Both the position numbers and the translations under genes were made by a program. Shown in pieces: positions 25,501 to 40,500 of a stretch of 64,000 nt of DNA (the stretch's first letter is position 1; every line of letters starts with the position of its first letter). A model generated the notes under the pieces. That model searched no databases and was not told where the DNA came from. It worked only from the letters and a program-made list of their open reading frames with translations. The DNA is from Nemertoderma westbladi (Eukaryota; Animalia; Xenacoelomorpha), in the NCBI GenBank assembly GCA_032718475.1, contig JAUCBJ010000720.1:1-64000 (forward strand), written 5' to 3'.

Positions 25501-28500
25501 ACTCCCTCACACACATAAACTTGTTGCTGGACTCCTCACACACATAAACTTGTTGCTGGACTCCTCACACACAGAAACTTGTTGCTGGACTCCCTCACAC
25601 ACATAAACTTGTTGCTGGACTCCTCACACACATAAACTTGTTGCTGGACCCCCTCACACACAGAAACTTGTTGCTGGACTCCTCACACACATAAACTTGT
25701 TGCTGGACCCCCTCACACATAGAAACTTGTTGCTGGACTCCTCACACACAGAAACTTGTTGCTGGACTCCTCACACACATAAACTTGTTGCTGGACCCCC
25801 TCACACACAGAAACTTGTTGCTGGACCCCCTCACACACATAAACTTGTTGCTGGACTCCTCACACACATAAACTTGTTGCTGGACCCCCTCACACACAGA
25901 AACTTGTTGCTGGACTCCTCACACACATAAACTTGTTGCTGGACCCCCTCGCACACAGAAACTTGTTGCTGGACTCCTCACACACAGAAACTTGTTGCTG
26001 GACTCCTCACACACAGAAACTTGTTGCTGGACTCCCTCACACACATAAACTTGTTGCTGGACTCCTCACACACATAAACTTGTTGCTGGACCCCCTCACA
26101 CACAGAAACTTGTTGCTGGACTCCTCACACACATAAACTTGTTGCTGGACCCCCTCACACATAGAAACTTGTTGCTGGACCCCCTCACACACAGAAACTT
26201 GTTGCTGGACTCCTCACACACATAAACTTGTTGCTGGACCCCCTCACACATAGAAACTTGTTGCTGGACTCCTCACACACAGAAACTTGTTGCTGGACTC
26301 CCTCACACACATAAACTTGTTGCTGGACCCCCTCGCACACAGAAACTTGTTGCTGGACTCCTCCCACACAGAAACTTGTTGCTGGACCCCCTCACACACA
26401 GAAACTTGTTGCTGGACTCCTCACACACATAAACCTGTTGCTGGACTCCTCACACACATAAACTTGTTGCTGGACCCCCTCACACACAGAAACTTGTTGC
26501 TGGACTCCCTCACACACAGAAACTTGTTGCTGGACTCCTCACACACATAAACCTGTTGCTGGACTCCTCACACACATAAACTTGTTGCTGGACCCCCTCA
26601 CACACAGAAACTTGTTGCTGGACTCCCTCACACACAGAAACTTGTTGCTGGACTCCTCACACACATAAACCTGTTGCTGGACTCCTCACACACATAAACC
26701 TGTTGCTGGACTCCTCACACACATAAACTTGTTGCTGGACCCCCTCACACACAGAAACTTGTTGCTGGACTCCCTCACACACATAAACTTGTTGCTGGAC
26801 CCCCTCACACACAGAAACTTGTTGCTGGACTCCTCACACACATAAACCTGTTGCTGGACTCCTCACACACATAAACTTGTTGCTGGACCCCCTCACACAC
26901 AGAAACTTGTTGCTGGACTCCTCACACACATAAACTTGTTGCTGGACTCCTCACACACATAAACTTGTTGCTGGACTCCTCACACACATAAACTTGTTGC
27001 TGGACTCCTCACACACATAAACTTGTTGCTGGACTCCTCACACACATAAACTTGTTGCTGGACTCCTCACACACATAAACTTGTTGCTGGACCCCCTCAC
27101 ACACAGAAACTTGTTGCTGGACTCCTCACACACATAAACTTGTTGCTGGACCCCCTCACACATAGAAACTTGTTGCTGGACCCCCTCACACACAGAAACT
27201 TGTTGCTGGACTCCTCACACACATAAACTTGTTGCTGGACCCCCTCACACATAGAAACTTGTTGCTGGACTCCTGGCACACAGAAACTTGTTGCTGGACT
27301 CCTCACACACATAAACTTGTTGCTGGACTCCTCACACACATAAACTAGTTGCTGGACTCCTCACACACAGAAACTTGTTGCTGGACTCCTCACACACAGA
27401 AACTTGTTGCTGGACTCCTCACACACATAAACTTGTTGCTGGACCCCCTCACACACAGAAACTTGTTGCTGGACTCCTCACACACAGAAACTTGTTGCTG
27501 GACTCCTCACACACAGAAACTTGTTGCTGGACCCCCTCACACACAGAAACTTGTTGCTGGACCCCCTCACACACATAAACTTGTTGCTGGACCCCCTCAC
27601 ACACAGAAACTTGTTGCTGGACTCCTCACACACATAAACTAGTTGCTGGACTCCTCACACACAGAAACTTGTTGCTGGACTCCTCACACACATAAACTAG
27701 TTGCTGGACTCCTCACACACAGAAACTTGTTGCTGGACCCCCTCACACACATAAACTTGTTGCTGGACTCCTCACACACAGAAACTTGTTGCTGGACTCC
27801 TCACACACAGAAACTTGTTGCTGGACCCCCTCACACACATAAACTTGTTGCTGGACTCCTCACACACAGAAACTTGTTGCTGGACTCCTCACACACAGAA
27901 ACTTGTTGCTGGACCCCCTCACACACAGAAACTTGTTGCTGGACTCCTCACACACAGAAACTTGTTGCTGGACTCCTCACACACAGAAACTTGTTGCTGG
28001 ACCCCCTCACACACATAAACTTGTTGCTGGACCCCCTCACACACAGAAACTTGTTGCTGGACTCCTCACACACAGAAACTTGTTGCTGGACTCCTCACAC
28101 ACATAAACTTGTTGCTGGACTCCTCACACACATAAACTTGTTGCTGGACTCCTCACACACAGAAACTTGTTGCTGGACTCCTCACACACAGAAACTTGTT
28201 GCTGGACCCCCTCACACACATAAACTTGTTGCTGGACCCCCTCACACACAGAAACTTGTTGCTGGACTCCTCACACACAGAAACTTGTTGCTGGACTCCT
28301 CACACACATAAACTTGTTGCTGGACTCCTCACACACATAAACTTGTTGCTGGACTCCTCACACACAGAAACTTGTTGCTGGACTCCTCACACACATAAAC
28401 TTGTTGCTGGACTCCTCACACATAGAAACTTGTTCCTGGACTCCTCACACACAGAAACTTGTTGCTGGACCCCCTCACACACATAAACTTGTTGCTGGAC

Positions 28501-31500
28501 CCCCTCACACACAGAAACTTGTTGCTGGACTCCTCACACACATAAACTAGTTGCTGGACTCCTCACACACAGAAACTTGTTGCTGGACCCCCTCACACAC
28601 ATAAACTTGTTGCTGGACTCCTCACACACAGAAACTTGTTGCTGGACTCCTCACACACAGAAACTTGTTGCTGGACCCCCTCACACACAGAAACTTGTTG
28701 CTGGACCCCCTCACACACATAAACTTGTTGCTGGACTCCTCACACACAGAAACTTGTTGCTGGACTCCTCACACACAGAAACTTGTTGCTGGACCCCCTC
28801 ACACACATAAACTTGTTGCTGGACCCCCTCACACACAGAAACTTGTTGCTGGACTCCTCACACACATAAACTAGTTGCTGGACTCCTCACACACAGAAAC
28901 TTGTTGCTGGACCCCCTCACACACATAAACTTGTTGCTGGACTCCTCACACACAGAAACTTGTTGCTGGACTCCTCACACACAGAAACTTGTTGCTGGAC
29001 CCCCACACACACAGAAACTTGTTGCTGGACTCCTCACACACAGAAACTTGTTGCTGGACTCCTCACACACAGAAACTTGTTGCTGGACTCCTCACACACA
29101 GAAACTTGTTGCTGGACTCCTCACACACATAAACTTGTTGCTGGACTCCTCACACACATAAACTTGTTGCTGGACCCCTCACACACAGAAACTTGTTGCT
29201 GGACTCCTCACACACATAAACTAGTTGCTGGACTCCTCACACACAGAAACTTGTTGCTGGACCCCCTCACACACATAAACTTGTTGCTGGACTCCTCACA
29301 CACAGAAACTTGTTGCTGGACTCCTCACACACAGAAACTTGTTGCTGGACCCCCTCACACACATAAACTTGTTGCTGGACTCCTCACACACAGAAACTTG
29401 TTGCTGGACCCCTCACACACAGAAACTTGTTGCTGGACTCCTCACACACATAAACTAGTTGCTGGACTCCTCACACACAGAAACTTGTTGCTGGACCCCC
29501 ACACACACAGAAACTTGTTGCTGGACTCCTCACACACAGAAACTTGTTGCTGGACTCCTCACACACAGAAACTTGTTGCTGGACTCCTCACACACAGAAA
29601 CTTGTTGCTGGACTCCTCACACACATAAACTTGTTGCTGGACCCCTCACACACAGAAACTTGTTGCTGGACCCCCTTACACACAGAAACTTGTTGCTGGA
29701 CTCCCTCACACACATAAACTTGTTGCTGGACTCCTCACACACATAAACTTGTTGCTGGACTCCTCACACACATAAACTTGTTGCTGGACTCCTCACACAC
29801 ATAAACTTGTTGCTGGACCCTCTCACACACAGAAACTTGTTGCTGGACTCCCTCACACACATGAACTTGTTGCTGCACTCCCTCACACACAGAAACTTGT
29901 TGCTGGACTCCCTCACACACATGAACTTGTTGCTGGACTCCTCACACACATAAACTTGTTGCTGGACCTCCTCACACACATAAACTTGTTGCTGGACTCC
30001 TCACACACAGAAACTTGTTGCTGGACTCCTCACACACATGAACTTGTTGCTGGACTCCTCACACACAGAAACTTGTTCCTGGACTCCTCACACACAGAAA
30101 CTTGTTGCTGGACTCCCTCACACACATGAACTTGTTGCTGCACTCCCTCACACACAGAAACTTGTTGCTGGACTCCCTCACACACATGAACTTGTTGCTG
30201 GACTCCTCACACACATAAACTTGTTGCTGGACCTCCTCACACACATAAACTTGTTGCTGGACTCCTCACACACATAAACTTGTTGCTGGACCCCCTCACA
30301 CACATAAACTTGTTGCTGGACTCCTCACACACAGAAACTTGTTGCTGGACTCCTCACACACATGAACTTGTTGCTGGACTCCTCACACACAGAAACTTGT
30401 TCCTGGACTCCTCACACACATGAACTTGTTGCTGGACTCCTCACACACATAAACTTGTTGCTGGACCTCCTCACACACATAAACTTGTTGCTGCACTCCC
30501 TCACACACAGAAACTTGTTGCTGGACTCCCTCACACACATGAACTTGTTGCTGCACTCCCTCACACACAGAAACTTGTTGCTGGACTCCCTCACACACAT
30601 GAACTTGTTGCTGGACTCCTCACACACATAAACTTGTTGCTGGACCTCCTCACACACATAAACTTGTTGCTGGACTCCTCACACACATAAACTTGTTGCT
30701 GGACCCCCTCACACACATAAACTTGTTGCTGGACTCCTCACACACAGAAACTTGTTGCTGGACTCCTCACACACATGAACTTGTTGCTGGACTCCTCACA
30801 CACAGAAACTTGTTCCTGGACTCCTCACACACATAAACTTGTTGCTGGACCTCCTCACACACATAAACTTGTTGCTGGACTCCTCACACACAGAAACTTG
30901 TTGCTGGACTCCTCACACACATAAACTTGTTCCTGGACTCCTCACACACATGAACTTGTTGCTGGACTCCTCACACACAGAAACTTGTTCCTGGACTCCT
31001 CACACACATGAACTTGTTGCTGGACTCCTCACACACATAAACTTGTTGCTGGACTCCTCACACACATGAACTTGTTGCTGGACTCCTCACACACAGAAAC
31101 TTGTTGCTGGACTCCTCACACACAGAAACTTGTTCCTGGACTCCTCACACACATGAACTTGTTGCTGGACTCCTCACACACATAAACTTGTTGCTGGACT
31201 CCTCACACACATGAACTTGTTGCTGGACTCCTCACACACAGAAACTTGTTGCTGGACTCCCTCACACACAGAAACTTGTTGCTGGACTCCTCACACACAT
31301 GAACTTGTTGCTGGACTCCTCACACACAGAAACTTGTTCCTGGACTCCTCACACACATAAACTTGTTGCTGGACTCCTCACACACATAAACTTGTTGCTG
31401 GACTCCTCACACACATAAACTTGTTGCTGGACTCCTCACACACATAAACTTGTTGCTGGACTCCTCACACACATGAACTTGTTGCTGGACTCCTCACACA

Positions 31501-34500
31501 CATAAACTTGTTCCTGGACTCCTCACACACAGAAACTTGTTCCTGGACTCCTCACACACATGAACTTGTTGCTGGACTCCTCACACACAGAAACTTGTTG
31601 CTGGACTCCTCACACACAGAAACTTGTTCCTGGACTCCTCACACACAGAAACTTGTTGCTGGACTCCTCACACACAGAAACTTGTTCCTGGACTCCTCAC
31701 ACACATGAACTTGTTGCTGGACTCCTCACACACAGAAACTTGTTGCTGGACTCCTCACACACAGAAACTTGTTCCTGGACTCCTCACACACAGAAACTTG
31801 TTCCTGGACTCCTCACACACATGAACTTGTTGCTGGACTCCTCACACACAGAAACTTGTTGCTGGACTCCTCACACACATGAACTTGTTGCTGGACTCCT
31901 CACACACAGAAACTTGTTGCTGGACTCCTCACACACATAAACTTGTTCCTGGACTCCTCACACACAGAAACTTGTTCCTGGACTCCTCACACACATGAAC
32001 TTGTTGCTGGACTCCTCACACACAGAAACTTGTTGCTGGACTCCTCACACACATGAACTTGTTGCTGGACTCCTCACACACAGAAACTTGTTGCTGGACT
32101 CCTCACACACATAAACTTGTTGCTGGACTCCTCACACACATAAACTTGTTGCTGGACTCCTCACACACATAAACTTGTTGCTGGACTCCTCACACACATA
32201 AACTTGTTCCTGGACTCCTCACACACAGAAACTTGTTCCTGGACTCCTCACACACATGAACTTGTTGCTGGACTCCTCACACACATAAACTTGTTGCTGG
32301 ACTCCTCACACACATAAACTTGTTCCTGGACTCCTCACACACAGAAACTTGTTGCTGGACTCCTCACACACATAAACTTGTTGCTGGACTCCTCACACAC
32401 AGAAACTTGTTGCTGGACTCCTCACACACATGAACTTGTTGCTGGACTCCTCACACACAGAAACTTGTTGCTGGACTCCTCACACACATAAACTTGTTCC
32501 TGGACTCCTCACACACAGAAACTTGTTCCTGGACTCCTCACACACATGAACTTGTTGCTGGACTCCTCACACACAGAAACTTGTTGCTGGACTCCTCACA
32601 CACATGAACTTGTTGCTGGACTCCTCACACACATAAACTTGTTCCTGGACTCCTCACACACAGAAACTTGTTCCTGGACTCCTCACACACATGAACTTGT
32701 TGCTGGACTCCTCACACACATAAACTTGTTGCTGGACTCCTCACACACATAAACTTGTTCCTGGACTCCTCACACACAGAAACTTGTTCCTGGACTCCTC
32801 ACACACATGAACTTGTTGCTGGACTCCTCACACACAGAAACTTGTTGCTGGACTCCTCACACACATGAACTTGTTGCTGGACTCCTCACACACAGAAACT
32901 TGTTGCTGGACTCCTCACACACATAAACTTGTTCCTGGACTCCTCACACACAGAAACTTGTTCCTGGACTCCTCACACACATGAACTTGTTGCTGGACTC
33001 CTCACACACAGAAACTTGTTGCTGGACTCCTCACACACATGAACTTGTTGCTGGACTCCTCACACACATAAACTTGTTGCTGGACTCCTCACACACATAA
33101 ACTTGTTCCTGGACTCCTCACACACAGAAACTTGTTCCTGGACTCCTCACACACATGAACTTGTTGCTGGACTCCTCACACACAGAAACTTGTTGCTGGA
33201 CTCCTCACACACAGAAACTTGTTGCTGGACTCCTCACACACAGAAACTTGTTCCTGGACTCCTCACACACATGAACTTGTTGCTGGACTCCTCACACACA
33301 GAAACTTGTTGCTGGACTCCTCACACACAGAAACTTGTTGCTGGACTCCTCACACACAGAAACTTGTTGCTGGACTCCTCACACACATAAACTTGTTGCT
33401 GGACTCCTCACACACATAAACTTGTTCCTGGACTCCTCACACACAGAAACTTGTTCCTGGACTCCTCACACACATGAACTTGTTGCTGGACTCCTCACAC
33501 ACAGAAACTTGTTGCTGGACTCCTCACACACATAAACTTGTTGCTGGACTCCTCACACACATAAACTTGTTCCTGGACTCCTCACACACAGAAACTTGTT
33601 CCTGGACTCCTCACACACATAAACTTGTTGCTGGACTCCTCACACACATAAACTTGTTCCTGGACTCCTCACACACAGAAACTTGTTCCTGGACTCCTCA
33701 CACACATGAACTTGTTGCTGGACTCCTCACACACATAAACTTGTTGCTGGACTCCTCACACACATAAACTTGTTGCTGGACTCCTCACACACAGAAACTT
33801 GTTGCTGGACTCCTCACACACAGAAACTTGTTGCTGGACTCCTCACACACATAAACTTGTTGCTGGACTCCTCACACACAGAAACTTGTTGCTGGACTCC
33901 TCACACACAGAAACTTGTTGCTGGACTCCTCACACACATAAACTTGTTGCTGGACTCCTCACACACATAAACTTGTTCCTGGACTCCTCACACACAGAAA
34001 CTTGTTCCTGGACTCCTCACACACATGAACTTGTTGCTGGACTCCTCACACACAGAAACTTGTTGCTGGACTCCCTCACACACATAAACTTGTTGCTGGA
34101 CTCCTCACACACAGAAACTTGTTCCTGGACTCCTCACACACATGAACTTGTTGCTGGACTCCTCACACACAGAAACTTGTTGCTGGACTCCTCACACACA
34201 GAAACTTGTTGCTGGACTCCTCACACACAGAAACTTGTTGCTGGACTCCTCACACACATAAACTTGTTGCTGGACTCCTCACACACATAAACTTGTTCCT
34301 GGACTCCTCACACACAGAAACTTGTTCCTGGACTCCTCACACACAGAAACTTGTTCCTGGACTCCTCACACACATAAACTTGTTCCTGGACTCCTCACAC
34401 ACATAAACTTGTTCCTGGACTCCTCACACACATAAACTTGTTCCTGGACTCCTCACACACATAAACTTGTTGCTGGACTCCTCACACACATAAACTTGTT

Positions 34501-37500
34501 CCTGGACTCCTCACACACATAAACTTGTTCCTGGACTCCTCACACACAGAAACTTGTTCCTGGACTCCTCACACACAGAAACTTGTTCCTGGACTCCTCA
34601 CACACAGAAACTTGTTCCTGGACTCCTCACACACATAAACTTGTTCCTGGACTCCTCACACACATAAACTTGTTCCTGGACTCCTCACACACATAAACTT
34701 GTTCCTGGACTCCTCACACACATAAACTTGTTGCTGGACTCCTCACACACATAAACTTGTTCCTGGACTCCTCACACACATAAACTTGTTCCTGGACTCC
34801 TCACACACATAAACTTGTTCCTGGACTCCTCACACACATAAACTTGTTGCTGGACTCCTCACACACAGAAACTTGTTCCTGGACTCCTCACACACAGAAA
34901 CTTGTTGCTGGACTCCTCACACACAGAAACTTGTTCCTGGACTCCTCACACACAGAAACTTGTTCCTGGACTCCTCACACACATAAACTTGTTCCTGGAC
35001 TCCTCACACACATAAACTTGTTCCTGGACTCCTCACACACAGAAACTTGTTCCTGGACTCCTCACACACAGAAACTTGTTCCTGGACTCCTCACACACAT
35101 AAACTTGTTGCTGGACTCCTCACACACATAAACTTGTTCCTGGACTCCTCACACACAGAAACTTGTTCCTGGACTCCTCACACACATAAACTTGTTGCTG
35201 GACTCCTCACACACATAAACTTGTTCCTGGACTCCTCACACACATAAACTTGTTCCTGGACTCCTCACACACAGAAACTTGTTCCTGGACTCCTCACACA
35301 CATAAACTTGTTGCTGGACTCCTCACACACATAAACTTGTTCCTGGACTCCTCACACACAGAAACTTGTTCCTGGACTCCTCACACACAGAAACTTGTTC
35401 CTGGACTCCTCACACACATAAACTTGTTGCTGGACTCCTCACACACATAAACTTGTTGCTGGACTCCTCACACACATAAACTTGTTCCTGGACTCCTCAC
35501 ACACAGAAACTTGTTCCTGGACTCCCTCACACACAGAAACTTGTTCCTGGACTCCCTCACACACATGAACTTGTTGCTGGACTCCTCACACACATAAACT
35601 TGTTGCTGGACTCCTCACACACATAAACTTGTTGCTGGACTCCTCACACACAGAAACTTGTTGCTGGACTCCTCACACACATAAACTTGTTCCTGGACTC
35701 CTCACACACATAAACTTGTTGCTGGACTCCTCACACACATAAACTTGTTCCTGGACTCCTCACACACAGAAACTTGTTCCTGGACTCCTCACACACATGA
35801 AACTTGTTGCTGGACTCCTCACACACAGAAACTTGTTGCTGGACTCCTCACACACATAAACTTGTTGCTGGACTCCTCACACACATAAACTTGTTCCTGG
35901 ACTCCTCACACACAGAAACTTGTTCCTGGACTCCTCACACACATGAACTTGTTGCTGGACTCCTCACACACAGAAACTTGTTGCTGGACTCCTCACACAC
36001 ATAAACTTGTTGCTGGACTCCTCACACACAGAAACTTGTTGCTGGACTCCTCACACACATGAACTTGTTGCTGGACTCCTCACACACATAAACTTGTTGC
36101 TGGACTCCTCACACACATAAACTTGTTCCTGGACTCCTCACACACAGAAACTTGTTCCTGGACTCCTCACACACATGAACTTGTTGCTGGACTCCTCACA
36201 CACATAAACTTGTTGCTGGACTCCTCACACACATAAACTTGTTCCTGGACTCCTCACACACAGAAACTTGTTCCTGGACTCCTCACACACATGAACTTGT
36301 TGCTGGACTCCTCACACACATAAACTTGTTGCTGGACTCCTCACACACATAAACTTGTTCCTGGACTCCTCACACACAGAAACTTGTTCCTGGACTCCTC
36401 ACACACATGAACTTGTTGCTGGACTCCTCACACACAGAAACTTGTTGCTGGACCTCCTCACACACATAAACTTGTTGCTGGACTCCTCACACACAGAAAC
36501 TTGTTGCTGGACTCCTCACACACATAAACTTGTTCCTGGACTCCTCACACACAGAAACTTGTTGCTGGACCCCCTCACACACAGAAACTTGTTGCTGGAC
36601 TCCTCACACACAGAAACTTGTTCCTGGACTCCTCACACACAGAAACTTGTTCCTGGACTCCTCACACACAGAAACTTGTTCCTGGACTCCTCACACACAG
36701 AAACTTGTTGCTGGACCCCCTCACACACAGAAACTTGTTGCTGGACTCCCTCACACACAGAAACTAGTTGCTGGACTCCTCACACACAGAAACTTGTTGC
36801 TGGACCCCCTCACACACATGAACTTGTTGCTGGACTCCTCACACACAGAAACTTGTTGCTGGACCCCCTCACACACAGAAACTTGTTGCTGGACTCCCTC
36901 ACACACAGAAACTAGTTGCTGGACTCCTCACACACAGAAACTTGTTGCTGGACCCCCTCACACACAGAAACTAGTTGCTGGACCCCCTCACACACAGAAA
37001 CTTGTTCCTGGACTCCTCACACACATGAACTTGTTGCTGGACTCCTCACACACAGAAACTTGTTGCTGGACTCCCTCACACACAGAAACTTGTTGCTGGA
37101 CTCCTCACACACAGAAACTTGTTGCTGGACCCCCTCACACACAGAAACTTGTTGCTGGACTCCCTCACACACAGAAACTAGTTGCTGGACTCCTCACACA
37201 CAGAAACTTGTTGCTGGACCCCCTCACACACAGAAACTTGTTCCTGGACTCCTCACACACAGAAACTTGTTGCTGGACTCCCTCACACACAGAAACTTGT
37301 TGCTGGACTCCTCACACACAGAAACTTGTTCCTGGACTCCTCACACACAGAAACTTGTTGCTGGACTCCTCACACACAGAAACTTGTTGCTGGACTCCCT
37401 CACACACAGAAACTTGTTGCTGGACTCCTCACACACAGAAACTTGTTCCTGGACTCCTCACACACAGAAACTTGTTCCTGGACTCCTCACACACAGAAAC

Positions 37501-40500
37501 TTGTTGCTGGACCCCCTCACACACATAAACTTGTTGCTGGACTCCTCACACACAGAAACTTGTTCCTGGACTCCTCACACACATAAACTTGTTGCTGGAC
37601 CCCTCACACACAGAAACTTGTTCCTGGACTCCTCACACACAGAAACTTGTTCCTGGACTCCTCACACACAGAAACTTGTTGCTGGACTCCTCACACACAT
37701 AAACTTGTTGCTGGACTCCTCACACACAGAAACTTGTTGCTGGACTCCTCACACACATGAACTTGTTGCTGGACTCCTCACACACATAAACTTGTTGCTG
37801 GACTCCTCACACACAGAAACTTGTTGCTGGACTCCTCACACACATAAACTTGTTGCTGGACTCCTCACACACAGAAACTTGTTGCTGGACTCCTCACACA
37901 CATGAACTTGTTGCTGGACTCCTCACACACATAAACTTGTTGCTGGACTCCTCACACACAGAAACTTGTTGCTGGACTCCTCACACACATGAACTTGTTG
38001 CTGGACTCCTCACACACAGAAACTTGTTGCTGGACTCCTCACACACATAAACTTGTTGCTGGACTCCTCACACACAGAAACTTGTTGCTGGACTCCTCAC
38101 ACACATAAACTTGTTGCTGGACTCCTCACACACAGAAACTTGTTGCTGGACTCCTCACACACATGAACTTGTTGCTGGACTCCTCACACACATAAACTTG
38201 TTGCTGGACTCCTCACACACAGAAACTTGTTCCTGGACTCCTCACACACAGAAACTTGTTGCTGGACTCCTCACACACATAAACTTGTTGCTGGACTCCT
38301 CACACACAGAAACTTGTTGCTGGACTCCTCACACACATGAACTTGTTGCTGGACTCCTCACACACATAAACTTGTTGCTGGACTCCTCACACACAGAAAC
38401 TTGTTGCTGGACTCCTCACACACAGAAACTTGTTGCTGGACCCCCTCACACACAGAAACTTGTTGCTGGACCCCCTCACACACAGAAACTTGTTGCTGCA
38501 ACTTGTTTCTGCAACTTGTTTCAGCAACTTGTTTCTGAAACTTGTTGCTGGACCCCCTCACACACATAAACTTGTTGCTGCAACTTGTTTCTGCAACTTG
38601 TTTCAGCAACTTGTTTCTGAAACTTGTTGCTGGACCCCCTCACACACAGAAACTTGTTGCTGGACCCCCTCACACACAGAAACTTGTTGCTGGACCCATC
38701 ACACATAAACTTGTTGCTGGACTCCTCACACACAGAAACTTGTTCCTGGACTCCTCACACACAGAAACTTGTTGCTGCAACTTGTTTCTGCAACTTGTTT
38801 CAGCAACTTGTTTCTGAAACTTGTTGCTGGACCCCCTCACACACAGAAACTTGTTGCTGGACCCCCTCACACACAGAAACTTGTTGCTGGACCCCCTCAC
38901 ACACAGAAACTTGTTGCTGGACCCCCTCACACACAGAAACTTGTTGCTGGACCCCCTCACACACAGAAACTTGTTGCTGGACCCCCTCACACACAGAAAC
39001 TTGTTGCTGGACCCCCTCACACACATAAACTTGTTGCTGGACCTCCTCACACACATAAACTTGTTCCTGGACTCCTCACACACAGAAACTTGTTGCTGCA
39101 ACTTGTTTCTGCAACTTGTTTCAGCAACTTGTTTCTGAAACTTGTTGCTGGACCCCCTCACACACAGAAACTTGTTGCTGGACCCCCTCACACACAGAAA
39201 CTTGTTGCTGGACCCCCTCACACACAGAAACTTGTTGCTGGACCCCCTCACACACAGAAACTTGTTGCTGGACCCCCTCACACACAGAAACTTGTTGCTG
39301 GACCCCCTCACACACAGAAACTTGTTGCTGGACCCCCTCACACACAGAAACTTGTTGCTGGACCCCCTCACACACAGAAACTTGTTGCTGGACCCCCTCA
39401 CACACATAAACTTGTTGCTGGACCTCCTCACACACATAAACTTGTTGCTGGACTCCTCACACACAGAAACTTGTTCCTGGACTCCTCACACACAGAAACT
39501 TGTTGCTGCAACTTGTTTCTGCAACTTGTTTCAGCAACTTGTTTCTGAAACTTGTTGCTGGACCCCCTCACACACAGAAACTTGTTGCTGGACCCCCTCA
39601 CACACAGAAACTTGTTGCTGGACCCCCTCACACATAGAAACTTGTTGCTGGACCCCCTCACACACATAAACTTGTTGCTGGACTCCTCACACACAGAAAC
39701 TTGTTCCTGGACTCCTCACACACAGAAACTTGTTGCTGGACTCCTCACACACAGAAACTTGTTGCTGGACCCCCTCACACACATAAACTTGTTGCTGGAC
39801 TCCTCACACACAGAAACTTGTTCCTGGACTCCTCACACACAGAAACTTGTTGCTGGACTCCTCACACACAGAAACTTGTTGCTGGACTCCTCACACACAG
39901 AAACTTGTTGCTGGACCCCCTCACACACATAAACTTGTTGCTGGACTCCTCACACACAGAAACTTGTTGCTGGACCCCCTCACACACATAAACTTGTTGC
40001 TGGACTCCTCACACACAGAAACTTGTTGCTGGACCCCCTCACACACATAAACTTGTTGCTGGACTCCTCACACACAGAAACTTGTTGCTGGACCCCCTCA
40101 CACACAGAAACTTGTTGCTGGACTCCTCACACACAGAAACTTGTTGCTGGACCCCCTCACACACAGAAACTTGTTGCTGGACTCCTCACACACAGAAACT
40201 TGTTGCTGGACCCCCTCACACACATAAACTTGTTGCTGGACTCCTCACACACAGAAACTTGTTGCTGGACCCCCTCACACACATAAACTTGTTGCTGGAC
40301 TCCTCACACACAGAAACTTGTTGCTGGACCCCCTCACACACATAAACTTGTTGCTGGACTCCTCACACACAGAAACTTGTTGCTGGACCCCCTCACACAC
40401 ATAAACTTGTTGCTGGACTCCTCACACACAGAAACTTGTTGCTGGACCCCCTCACACACATAAACTTGTTGCTGGACTCCTCACACACAGAAACTTGTTG